The notes beneath the pieces are model-generated. The model saw only the letters and a list, made by a program, of their open reading frames with translations, did not search any database and was not told where the DNA came from. This document shows, in pieces, positions 39,947 through 49,611 of a stretch of 64,000 nucleotides of DNA. Source of the stretch: an uncultured Candidatus Rokubacteria bacterium (lineage in GTDB: Bacteria; Methylomirabilota; Methylomirabilia; Rokubacteriales; DASRDR01); the NCBI GenBank assembly GCA_963826115.1, contig CAWGVS010000005.1, forward strand, positions 2,061,137-2,125,136. Reading direction: 5' to 3'. The position numbers were made by a program, and so were the translations under genes. How positions within the stretch are numbered: position 1 is the first letter of the stretch; every line of letters starts with the position of its first letter.

Positions 39947-41032
39947 CTACGGGCGGCCCGCGTCCAGCTCCTTCGCGAGCTCCTCTCGTTGAGCGCTGAC
40001 CTCGGCGGGGACGTCGCCGTAGACGTGGTCAAACATGTCGATGAGGCGCGCCGCCCGCATTCTCGCCTCGGCGCGCTCGATGGCGGCTCGCACCTCGGCG
40101 TCCACCTCCGCCTCGAACCGAGCATGCAACGCGTCATCGACGAGACCCTTCGTCTCGAGATAGCGGCGGAGGCGCGGGAGCGGCTCCCGCGCCTCCCACG
40201 CCGCGACCTCGGCATCCTCGCGATACTTCCTCGGATCGTCGGCGGTCGAGTGAGGCGTCAGGCGGTACGTCACGGCCTCGATGAGCGTGGGGCCGCCGCC
40301 CTCGCGGGCCCGCGCGACCGCCTCCCGCGTGACGGTGACCATGGCCAGGAGGTCGTTGCCGTCGACCTGGATCCCCGGAAGGCCGTAGGCCAGGGCCCGG
40401 TGCGCGAGCGTCTTGGCCCGCGTCTGCCTCGACCGGGGGATCGAGATCGCCCACTGGTTGTTGACACACACGAAGACGATGGGCGCCTGGAAGCTGCCCG
40501 CGAAGTTCATCGCCTCCTGGGTGATCCCTTCGGAGCTGGCCCCGTCGCCGAAGTAGCAGAGGACGACGCTGTCCTCCCGCCGGGCGCGGGCGGCGCACGC
40601 CAACCCGACGGCGTGAGGGACGTGAGTACCCATCGGGACGCAGACCGGCAAGTCCCGGATGCCCGCGGGGACGGAGGTGCCTTCCGAGAGGCCCGCGTAG
40701 AGGAGGATGAGGCTCTCGAGCGGCCAGCCCCGCCAGACGTAGGCGGCCCACTCGCGCCAGACGGGAACGAGCCAGTCGGTCGAGCGCAGGGGATACACGC
40801 TGCCGAGAACCGCGGCCTCGTGTCCGCGTGCCGGCAGATAGGTGCCGATCCGGCCCTGACGCTGGAGGAGGAGCATGCGCTCGTCGAACCGGCGTGCGAG
40901 CAGGAAGGTCCGGTAGAGGCGCCGGAGGTCGTCGGGTGGGATCAGCGGCTCGAGGTCACGGTCCAGCTGTCCGTCCTCGTCGAGGATCGAGAGGGCGGCG
41001 ATCGGGTCCAGGTCGATTCGCTGGCGCGGCAT
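39947..41032 (-). CDS. pdhA: 2-oxoacid (pyruvate) dehydrogenase E1 alpha subunit
   Basis: LQRQGRIG, GDGASSEG...NNQWAIS TPP motif, VDGND, TYRLTPHSTADDP. Confidence 0.88.
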   Translation of the reverse strand: MPRQRIDLDPIAALSILDEDGQLDRDLEPLIPPDDLRRLYRTFLLARRFDERMLLLQRQGRIGTYLPARGHEAAVLGSVYPLRSTDWLVPVWREWAAYVWRGWPLESLILLYAGLSEGTSVPAGIRDLPVCVPMGTHVPHAVGLACAARARREDSVVLCYFGDGASSEGITQEAMNFAGSFQAPIVFVCVNNQWAISIPRSRQTRAKTLAHRALAYGLPGIQVDGNDLLAMVTVTREAVARAREGGGPTLIEAVTYRLTPHSTADDPRKYREDAEVAAWEAREPLPRLRRYLETKGLVDDALHARFEAEVDAEVRAAIERAEARMRAARLIDMFDHVYGDVPAEVSAQREELAKELDAGRP

Positions 41033-41035
41033 GCT

Positions 41036-41885
41036 CTAGGGCTCGACGGGTACGTCGTCGCGGCCGCCCCATTCGGTCCAGGACCCGTCGTAGACGGCGA
41101 CGTCCGGGCGCCCGGCGAGATCGAGTCCCAGGGCGAGGACGCAGGCCGTCACTCCCGAGCCGCACGACGTCACGATGGGCCGGTCGAGCTTCACGCGAGC
41201 CGCCTCGAACACCCGTCGGAGGTCCGCCTGCGGGAGCAGCGTCCCGTCCGGTCGGAAGAGCCGATCGTAGGGCAGGCTCAGGCTTCCGGGAATGTGTCCT
41301 CCGCGGAGGCCAGGGCGCGGCTCGGGCTCGGTGCCCGCGAAGCGGCCGGCCGATCGGGCATCCACGACCTGCGCGAGCCCCGTCCCCAGGTTGCGGCGGA
41401 CGCCGTCCAGGTCCGTCACGAGCCCGGGATGGAAGCGCGCGGTGAAGTGGCGGCGCACCGGGGTGGGCTCTCCCGCCTCGACGGGCCGGCCTTCCTCCCG
41501 CCATCGCGGGAAGCCACCGTCGAGGACGGCCACGCGATCATGTCCGAACACGCGCAAGGTCCACCACACGCGGGCCGAGGCGGTCAGGTGCTTCCCGGCA
41601 TACACCACCACCCGGTCGTCGTCGCCGATGCCGAGGGCGCCCGCCGCCTCGGCGAAGGCTGCCGCGTCGGGCAGCATGTGAGGGAGCCCTCGCTCCCGGT
41701 CGGCGATCGCGTCGATGTCGAAGTAGACGGCGCCGGGAATGTGGGCCGGCGACGAACTCCGCCCGCGCGTCGCGCCGGAGCTGTGGCATGTACCACGTCG
41801 CGTCCACGATGCGGAGAGCGGGGGCGCCCAGATGGTCGGCGAGCCAAGCCGTGCTCACCACGGGGCCGAAGCTCGTGTCCGTCAT
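41036..41885 (-). CDS. sseA: 3-mercaptopyruvate sulfurtransferase (frameshift ~41745)
   Basis: VSTAWLA, VDATWY, HMLP, RVWW, LDGG, CGSGVTAC active-site loop, YDGSWTEW. Confidence 0.88.
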
Positions 41886-41980
41886 CGCGCGTTCCCCTCC
41901 GGGTCGAAGCGTCACGCCCGATTATGGCACGGAGGTGGCCGCGGCGCGGGCGGCCGCCAGGGTCGCCCGGCGCGCGATGG

Positions 41981-42655
41981 TTAGCCGGCCGGTGCGGAGG
42001 CGAGCAGGCCTCCGAAGATCCGCCGACCGAGCTCGAATGCCTCGGCGAGGAGCAGCCCCGCCCCGTCGCCGTCCGGCGTCTCGCGGCGCCACTCCGCGAG
42101 CTCCTCTTCCGACCGGAAGAAGTTGAGGCGGGTTCAGAGGAAGCCCGAGAGGCGGTCGCCGCCCCATCGACTCCGCTCGACCCACGCGAGGCTTCCGGGG
42201 GGAGCCTGGCGGGGACCGGCCACCGGATCGACGTCGAAGACCAGCGGGGCGCGGCTCCGGTGACAGCGCGACCTGAGCGTCACCGGACTCCCGGTCATCG
42301 GCGCGACGCCGAGGGCGTCGATCGCGCAGCACGCATAGCGCGTGCGGCCACCGGGAAGCACCACCGCGAAGTCGTTCGGCTCGGCCGTGAACGGGTACGC
42401 GAGCGTGACGCGGTCTCCATCCAGCCCGATCAGGTCCGCGGCGTCGAGCGACGCCGCTCGCGCTCGGAGCGCCTCGGGCCCGAGCCCCGCACCAGCCAAG
42501 CACACGGCTTCGAGGGCAACCGGCCCGCCGGCCTCCACGAACTCTCGCCAGATGGCGCGGAGCAGCGGATCGTCCCGCTGTGCCCGCCGGGCCGCCCATT
42601 CCCCCGCCCGCTCGGGCGTGAGGATCTCGGCGGCGGTCCGGATCTCGACTCTCAC
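41981..42655 (-). CDS. MerB (alkylmercury lyase)-like protein, predicted selenoprotein
   Basis: GTG start overlaps the anti-sigma stop; [18 protein letters not shown]. In-frame TGA at 42136-42134 reads through to [20 protein letters not shown]...[10 protein letters not shown] and TAA at 41983-41981. Confidence 0.85.
42103..42122 (-). promoter_or_regulatory. Candidate bacterial SECIS hairpin CTTCTTCC-GGTC-GGAAGAGG
   Basis: 8-bp stem (one G-U) with GGUC loop, starting 11 nt after the in-frame UGA. Confidence 0.72.
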
Positions 42656-44265
42656 GCCCCCGAGCTTCGCACGACGCCGGCCGCCCGGGCGAGCCGTCCG
42701 GCGAGCGCGCCGGCGCCGAGGCAGACCACGGCGACCCAGATCGCTCCGCCCACCAGGGGCAGCACGGTCGCAAGCGTGACGAGGGCCAGGCCGAGCACCA
42801 GCGCCCGCAGCGCGTCGCGTCTCGGGTCGCCGCGCGGCCGGAGCAGCGCCTTCCCGACGGCGAGACCGACCACGATCTTCGCCGCGTAGAGACCCAGGAG
42901 GTAGAGCCCGAGGAGGACCAGCGCCAGCGGAAGGCCGACGAGGGTCACGGCGAGGAGCAGTATCAGGACGGGGCCCCCGACGAGGGTCGCCACACCCCAC
43001 CCGAGGGATCGCTTCCAGCTCCGCACCCCGTTGGCGCTCTCGACGACCAGGCCAGGCACGAACAGGAGCGCGGCCCAGCCAAGGAGCGCCGCGCCAAAGA
43101 AGCTCGTCGCCGCCCAGAACCACGCGCGCGGCTCTCCATACCACCCGGCGGCGCGCGATGCCACGCGCGTCAACACCGGGCCTGTCACGGTCGCGCCGCC
43201 GTCGACGGTCACGGCCGACGGTCGGACGACGTCGGCCCGGACCGTCCCCTCGAGACGGGCCGGCGCCCTCACCACGAGCCGGTCCCCACGGAAGCGGAGG
43301 TCCCGGCGGACGCGGCCGCTCACCTCCGCGTCGTGAGCCACGATCGTCGCGCCGCGTCCGATCTCGCCGCCGAGCGACAGGCTCCGACCGGCGAGCGTGA
43401 GGTCGCCCCCGACGCTTGCGCCGGGCTCGATCACCGTCACGCGGTCGGCGGCATAGAGCCCCCGGCCGACTCGGCCCCGGACAGTCAAGGAGCCGGCGGC
43501 GGCATAGACACTGCCCTCCACCCTGCCGGTCACCTCCACGGTTCGCGCCACGACCACGAGGTCGCCGCGGACCGTCCCGCGCACGTCGACCTGCGCCGCG
43601 GCGACGATCAGGTCACCATCGATCGTCCCGTCGACCCGAACGCTCTCGGCGGCGGCGACCAGCGTCGCGTCGACCGTTTCCCCTGCCGCGATCGCCACGT
43701 CCCTCCCGCTCCGTGTCTCCAGCGCCTCGGCGGGCGGCGAGGCAACCCCCGCAGCGGCTCCGAGAGCCAGCGCGAACGCCGCGAGCGCGCGCGGGGGAGT
43801 CCGCCCGAGGTAGAGCCCGCCCGCAAGGGCCAGCCCGATCATCATGGTGATCGCTCCTGTCGCGAGCGCGAGCTCCAGCGTGGCGGCGTTCGTCACGACG
43901 AAGAGCACGCCCTCCACGGCGAGGCCGATCCAGTCACCCGGAAGGTCGCCCCACCCGGCGAGGCGCCCGACGCCCGCGGCGCCCAGCAGCGCGGCCAGAG
44001 TGAGCCCCCACGCGCCGGCGCGTCGCCCGTTCGTCGGCGCGCCCAGACGCCCGAACATCGACGCGGGCCGCCCCGCCGGCGCGAGCGCCGTCTGCTCGCC
44101 GAAGGCCGCGCCGAGGATCCGGTTCTCCTCGCGAAGCGCCGCGACCAGCGCCTGGCAACGCGTGCACTCGGCCAGATGACGTTCAGCGGCCCGCGCTTCC
44201 TCCGGGGACAGCTCCCCATCCGCATACACCGCACAGGTGAGCTCGCTCAGGCACGTCATCGTCAA
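42652..44265 (-). CDS. ZAS (zf-HC2) anti-sigma factor fused to bactofilin-like beta-repeat region and multi-TM C-terminal domain
   Basis: YADGEL...HLAECTRC (HxxxCxxC); TM segments; repeats VDGTIDGDL / VRGTVRGDL / VTGRVEGSV; hydrophobic C-terminus. Confidence 0.82.
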   Translation of the reverse strand: MTMTCLSELTCAVYADGELSPEEARAAERHLAECTRCQALVAALREENRILGAAFGEQTALAPAGRPASMFGRLGAPTNGRRAGAWGLTLAALLGAAGVGRLAGWGDLPGDWIGLAVEGVLFVVTNAATLELALATGAITMMIGLALAGGLYLGRTPPRALAAFALALGAAAGVASPPAEALETRSGRDVAIAAGETVDATLVAAAESVRVDGTIDGDLIVAAAQVDVRGTVRGDLVVVARTVEVTGRVEGSVYAAAGSLTVRGRVGRGLYAADRVTVIEPGASVGGDLTLAGRSLSLGGEIGRGATIVAHDAEVSGRVRRDLRFRGDRLVVRAPARLEGTVRADVVRPSAVTVDGGATVTGPVLTRVASRAAGWYGEPRAWFWAATSFFGAALLGWAALLFVPGLVVESANGVRSWKRSLGWGVATLVGGPVLILLLAVTLVGLPLALVLLGLYLLGLYAAKIVVGLAVGKALLRPRGDPRRDALRALVLGLALVTLATVLPLVGGAIWVAVVCLGAGALAGRLARAAGVVRSSGA

Positions 44266-44834
44266 GCCCTCTCATCCAGATCCGCGAGCAGCCGGCGCAG
44301 AGCCTGCTTGCCGCGGAAGATCAGGATTGCCACGTGGTTGCGCGTCACCCCGAGCTGGCTCGCGATCTCCTCGTAGCCCAGCTCGCCGTAGTAGCGGAGG
44401 GCCAGCGACACTCGGTACCGCTCGGGCAGACGCTGAAGGGCCCTACGGACCCGATCCCGCCCCTCGTCGGTCAGCACGGTCGCGAGGGGCGACGGCCCGC
44501 CCTCTCCTTCCGCCGCCCCGCCGTCGGCCTCGTCCCACTCCGCGGCGAACAGCCGGGACTCGAGCCGGCGGCGCCGGAGCACGTCGAGGCAGTGGTGGCT
44601 CGTCACGCTGAGGAGCCAGCGGTCGAAGGGGAGGGCCGGCTCGTACCGGCCGATCGCGTGCGGCAGGCGGAGGAATACGTCGCTCCGGGCATCCTCGGCC
44701 GCATCCGGGGAGCCAAGGATGTGGCGGCAGAGACCCAGCACGCGCCGCCCGAATTCCTGGTAGAGCTCGGCGAAGCCCTCGCGCTCTCCGCGCCGGGCTC
44801 GCTCGACGGCCCCCGCCACCTCGGTCGAGTTCAT
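44262..44834 (-). CDS. ECF RNA polymerase sigma factor
   Basis: AEDARSDVF, FDRWLLSVTSHHCLD, LPERYR, LGYEEIA region 4; ATGA overlap with the anti-sigma. Confidence 0.92.
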   Translation of the reverse strand: MNSTEVAGAVERARRGEREGFAELYQEFGRRVLGLCRHILGSPDAAEDARSDVFLRLPHAIGRYEPALPFDRWLLSVTSHHCLDVLRRRRLESRLFAAEWDEADGGAAEGEGGPSPLATVLTDEGRDRVRRALQRLPERYRVSLALRYYGELGYEEIASQLGVTRNHVAILIFRGKQALRRLLADLDERA

Positions 44835-44850
44835 GGTCCTCCGACGAGTC

Positions 44851-44876
44851 TACGAACCGGCCCCCCCGGGAGTTAC
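44851..44876 (-). promoter_or_regulatory. ECF-type promoter GTAAC-N17-CGTA (autoregulatory, sigma operon)
   Basis: AAC -35 / CGT -10 ECF signature ending 16 nt before the sigma ATG. Confidence 0.65.
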
Positions 44877-44928
44877 ACGGGGACCCGCGCCTACGGTCAC
44901 CCGGGCCTCGTGGCCGGCGGCCCCGGCC

Positions 44929-44954
44929 GTAACGGGGCGGGGCGCCCGTCCGTA
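44929..44954 (+). promoter_or_regulatory. ECF-type promoter GTAAC-N17-CGTA (divergent desaturase operon)
   Basis: Same motif and spacing as the minus-strand copy. Confidence 0.65.
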
Positions 44955-45008
44955 TGACTGTACGAGCGCCCGATCGGGGCCCAGCTAGCCAACCAGGAGG
45001 AAACGCGC

Positions 45009-45836
45009 ATGTCTTTCGAACGCATCCTGACGGACTACGGAGAGCCTCTGCAATACGTGACCTATTTCGGTCTGCTGGCAGGACTCGGCGCGATGGAGGC
45101 CGTGGCCCCTCGATGGAACGGCCCGGCGGAGCGCACGCGTCGGTGGCCGGCGAACTTCGGCCTGACGGCGCTCAACATCGTGGTGCTGGGAGCCCTGCCG
45201 GTCAGCGGTCTGGCGGTGGCCGCCATCGCCCGGCAGCAGGGCTGGGGGATCCTCCAGCGCTACCCCTTGCCCCCCGCCGCCACGCTCGGGGTGGCGCTCC
45301 TCGCGCGAAGCCTCGTCTCGTACGCGGTCCACGTGGCGATGCACAAGGTGCCCGCGCTGTGGCGCGTGCATCGTGTCCATCACACCGACGTGTTCCTGGA
45401 CATCTCGACGACCGTCCGGTTCCATCCGCTCGAGTTCCTGATCCAGCTCGGGCCGACGGCCCTCGTCATCCTGGGCCTCGGCCTGCCGCCGTGGACGATC
45501 ATGCTCTACGAGCTGGTCGATACGGCGACGAACCTCTTTATCCACGCGAACGCCCGGGTGCCGGCCCGCCTCGACGCCGGGCTCCGCCTCCTCCTCGTCA
45601 CCCCGGACATGCACCGGGTCCATCACTCGGCCCTCGGGCCCGAGACGGACTCGAACTACGGGGTGGTCCTGCCGTGGTGGGATCGGCTCTTCGGCACCTA
45701 CCGCGCCGCCATCGGCGCCCCCCGGGACACGCGGCTCGGCCTCGAGGAGTGCCAGGATCGGCGGGCATCGTCACTCGGCTGGCTCCTTGCGCTCCCGTTC
45801 CGGGGGCGTCTCGAGCGCGTGGCGGAGCGCACCTGA
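45009..45836 (+). CDS. Sterol desaturase / fatty acid hydroxylase family protein
   Basis: His boxes HVAMH, HRVHH, FIHAN, HRVHHS; RFHP; NYG...WDRLFGT. Confidence 0.9.
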   Translation: MSFERILTDYGEPLQYVTYFGLLAGLGAMEAVAPRWNGPAERTRRWPANFGLTALNIVVLGALPVSGLAVAAIARQQGWGILQRYPLPPAATLGVALLARSLVSYAVHVAMHKVPALWRVHRVHHTDVFLDISTTVRFHPLEFLIQLGPTALVILGLGLPPWTIMLYELVDTATNLFIHANARVPARLDAGLRLLLVTPDMHRVHHSALGPETDSNYGVVLPWWDRLFGTYRAAIGAPRDTRLGLEECQDRRASSLGWLLALPFRGRLERVAERT

Positions 45837-45879
45837 GATGCAACGCTCAACGCCCTGCCCCGTGACGGAGGGTCTCGAC

Positions 45880-46401
45880 ATGCCCCCTGATCCGGTCGCC
45901 CATGCTGGTCCGTCCGCCACGACGAGCGTCGCCGACGACCATCCTGGCGTCGTCGCGCGGCCGCCCCGGATCGCCTACCTCTTCCTGGGGATCGGAGCGA
46001 TCCTGGGATGGGTCAGGCCTCTTGCCCTTTTGCCGCTCGGCTCACCGGCGGCCCTCCGTTACGGCGTCGGCGGCGCGCTCGTCGGCCTGGCCCTGGCCGC
46101 CATGGCCCTGGCCCTCCGAGCCTTCCGGCAGGCGGGAACCAACGTCGAGACGCCCAAGCCGGCGATCGCGCTCGTGACCGGCGGGATCTACGCCTGGTCG
46201 CGGAATCCGATGTACGTCGCCCTCGCGCTCCTCTTCGCGGGCATCGCCGTGCTCGCCGACAGCGGCTGGCTCGCGCTGCTCCTCGTCCCTTACGTGGCCG
46301 TCCTGAGGGTCGGTGTGATCGCGCGCGAGGAGCGCTACCTCGACCGGAAGTTCGGGGCGCCCTACCGTGTCTATCGCGCGAGCGTCCGGCGGTGGCTCTG
46401 A
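45880..46401 (+). CDS. Isoprenylcysteine carboxylmethyltransferase (ICMT/PEMT) family membrane protein
   Basis: LVTGGIYAWSRNPMY, REERYL..KFG..Y..Y...VRRW. Confidence 0.88.
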   Translation: MPPDPVAHAGPSATTSVADDHPGVVARPPRIAYLFLGIGAILGWVRPLALLPLGSPAALRYGVGGALVGLALAAMALALRAFRQAGTNVETPKPAIALVTGGIYAWSRNPMYVALALLFAGIAVLADSGWLALLLVPYVAVLRVGVIAREERYLDRKFGAPYRVYRASVRRWL

Positions 46402-46432
46402 GCGGCTCGGGCAGGTCTAGAATGAGAGGGCG

Positions 46433-46897
46433 ATGCGCGAGTACCAATACCGAGTCGACGCCGAGGGGCGGGTATTCCACGACGGAAGCGAGGTTCTCGA
46501 CCCCCTGACGCTCCGCTTCTTCCTGCGCGCCATGACGCGCACGCCTGAGGGACGCTGGCTCGTGGTGTGCCAGGGGGAGCGGAACTGGTTCGAGTCCGAG
46601 GGCACCCCCTTCGTCGTGCAGCGGGTGCGGCCCGTCCTCCGCGAAGGGGCGCTGGACGGCCTCGAGCTCGTCCTGGCCGGCGACCACCGGGAGCCGCTCG
46701 ACCCGGCCACGCTCGAGAGCGAGGGGGGCCGACTCTGCTGCCGGGTCCGGCGCGGCGCGTTCCCGGCGCGGTTCGGCCGCCTCGCGCTCCAGCAGCTGGG
46801 CGCCCATCTCCGCGACGAGGACGGGCGGCCCGCCCTCGTTCTTGGCGGCGGCCGCCACATCATCACCGACCATGAAAGGACTCCCGAGCTCACATGA
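46433..46897 (+). CDS. Hypothetical protein (DUF1285-like)
   Basis: YRVDAEGRVFHDG, EGTPFVV, CRVRRG.FPARF.R; coupled to the next gene by ATGA. Confidence 0.55.
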   Translation: MREYQYRVDAEGRVFHDGSEVLDPLTLRFFLRAMTRTPEGRWLVVCQGERNWFESEGTPFVVQRVRPVLREGALDGLELVLAGDHREPLDPATLESEGGRLCCRVRRGAFPARFGRLALQQLGAHLRDEDGRPALVLGGGRHIITDHERTPELT

Positions 46898-47679
46898 CGG
46901 ACGCGGAGACCGACCCCACTCCAGGCATCCCTGAGCGCGGCAAGAAGACGCGGACGACGGGCGAGCCCTCACCCCCCGCCCGCGCGATGAGCATCCACGC
47001 CCATCCGGACGATCAGGAGTTCACGGTCGGCGGCACCCTGGCCAAGTGGGCGCGCGCCGGCACTGCCATCGTCACCGTGTGCATCACGCGCGGCACCGGC
47101 GGGTCGAATCGATTCACGCCTCCGGAGATGACCCGGGAGGCCCTGGGGCCGATCCGGGAGGTCGAGCAGCGGAGCGCGTGCCGGGTGCTCGGATCGCGGA
47201 CACGTGGTTCCTCGACTACGACGGACGGGATGCTCGAGTCGACCATCGCGCTCCGCCGGGACCTCACGCGCCTCATCCGGCGCTTCCGGCCGGACGCGGT
47301 CGTGTGCGGCGATCCCACGGTCCGGTACTACGGGTCCACGTACCTGAACCACCCCGACCACCGGGCGGCCGCCGACGCCGCCCTCGACGCCGTCTTCCCG
47401 TCGGCGGGCACGCGGCTGATCTTCCCGGAGCTGCTCGCCGAGGGGCTCGAGCCCCACGAGGTCCGCCAGGTCTACATCCACGGGGCCGAGCGGCCCGACA
47501 CGTACGTCGACATCGCCGGAACACTCGACGTGAAGCTGGCCGCCCTCCGCGAGCACCGGAGCCAGATGGGCGAGTGGGACCCCAAGGAGTTCCTCGTGGA
47601 GTGGGCGCGCGAGCAGGGCGTCAAGGCGGGCCTCGAGGCGGCGGAGTCCTACCGGCGAATGGTGCTGGAGGGACCCTAG
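46894..47679 (+). CDS. PIG-L/LmbE family deacetylase
   Basis: HAHPDDQEF, NHPDH, KLAALREHRSQ; short compensating frameshift near 47190-47225. Confidence 0.88.
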   Translation: MTDAETDPTPGIPERGKKTRTTGEPSPPARAMSIHAHPDDQEFTVGGTLAKWARAGTAIVTVCITRGTGGSNRFTPPEMTREALGPIREVEQRSACRVLGSRTRGSSTTTDGMLESTIALRRDLTRLIRRFRPDAVVCGDPTVRYYGSTYLNHPDHRAAADAALDAVFPSAGTRLIFPELLAEGLEPHEVRQVYIHGAERPDTYVDIAGTLDVKLAALREHRSQMGEWDPKEFLVEWAREQGVKAGLEAAESYRRMVLEGP

Positions 47680-47727
47680 GCAGGCAGGCCGACAGATCTC
47701 AGCGAGCCCGCCCGCAGCCCACCGCCC

Positions 47728-48802
<1,075 letters not shown>

Positions 48803-48810
48803 GAGTGTCC

Positions 48811-49611
48811 TCAGTGCGCCCCGGCGGTCTTGCCGGGGGCCCGGCGGCCCAGCACCTGGATGAGCGCCATGCACCCCCACGTGATCGCGAAGGTCATGAT
48901 CGCCAGCGCGGACGGCTCGTACGCGCGGTTCGCACCGATGAGCTGGATGTAAGGCCCGAACGCGGGGCGATTCAGCAGGCTCGCCATCGTGAACTCACCG
49001 ATGACGATCGCGAACGTCAGGAACGCGCCGCTCAGCACCGCCACCTGCACGTTGGGCAGGATCACGCGAAACAGAATGGTCCCCCAGCTCGCGCCAAGGC
49101 TCTGGGCCGCCTCGGTCAAGGTTCGCACGTCGATGGCGCGCAACCCGGTATCCACGGCGCGGTACATGTACGGCAGCGCCAGCGTGATGTAACTGCACAC
49201 CAGCAACACGTCGGTCCTTCGCTCACTGCCCGTCAGGGGCAGGAGCGAAGAGCTGTTGTACATCCGAAGGTACCCGAACACGATCACGATCGCCGGGATG
49301 ACGAGCGGCAGCAGAGTCACGAACTCCACCACTGGCCGCAGTCTCGGCAAGCGCAGCTGGATCCAGTAGGCCGTCGGCACGATCAAGAGGATGCCCATCA
49401 CGATTGTCGCGATCGCCATGACTGTAGAGTAGAGGAACGTCTCTTGAAAACGCGGATCCGCAAGCACGATGCGATACGCTTCGAAGCTGTACACCCCGCG
49501 CTGGTAGCGGAGCGAGAATTCAAACGTCCCCAGCAGCGGCACGAAGAAGTACACCACGCCGATCATCAGGATCAGCCAGGAACCGAGCCGGCCACGCATC
49601 ATCGGAGCCAT
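48811..49611 (-). CDS. ABC permease PotC-like
   Basis: LPLVIPAIV, LTEAAQSLGA, IGEF. Confidence 0.88.
   Translation of the reverse strand: MAPMMRGRLGSWLILMIGVVYFFVPLLGTFEFSLRYQRGVYSFEAYRIVLADPRFQETFLYSTVMAIATIVMGILLIVPTAYWIQLRLPRLRPVVEFVTLLPLVIPAIVIVFGYLRMYNSSSLLPLTGSERRTDVLLVCSYITLALPYMYRAVDTGLRAIDVRTLTEAAQSLGASWGTILFRVILPNVQVAVLSGAFLTFAIVIGEFTMASLLNRPAFGPYIQLIGANRAYEPSALAIMTFAITWGCMALIQVLGRRAPGKTAGAH

Noticed and set aside
41981-42655. Classical mercury-resistance (mer) operon or transposon
   Set aside because: No merR, merA, merT/P, transposase or terminal repeats in the window
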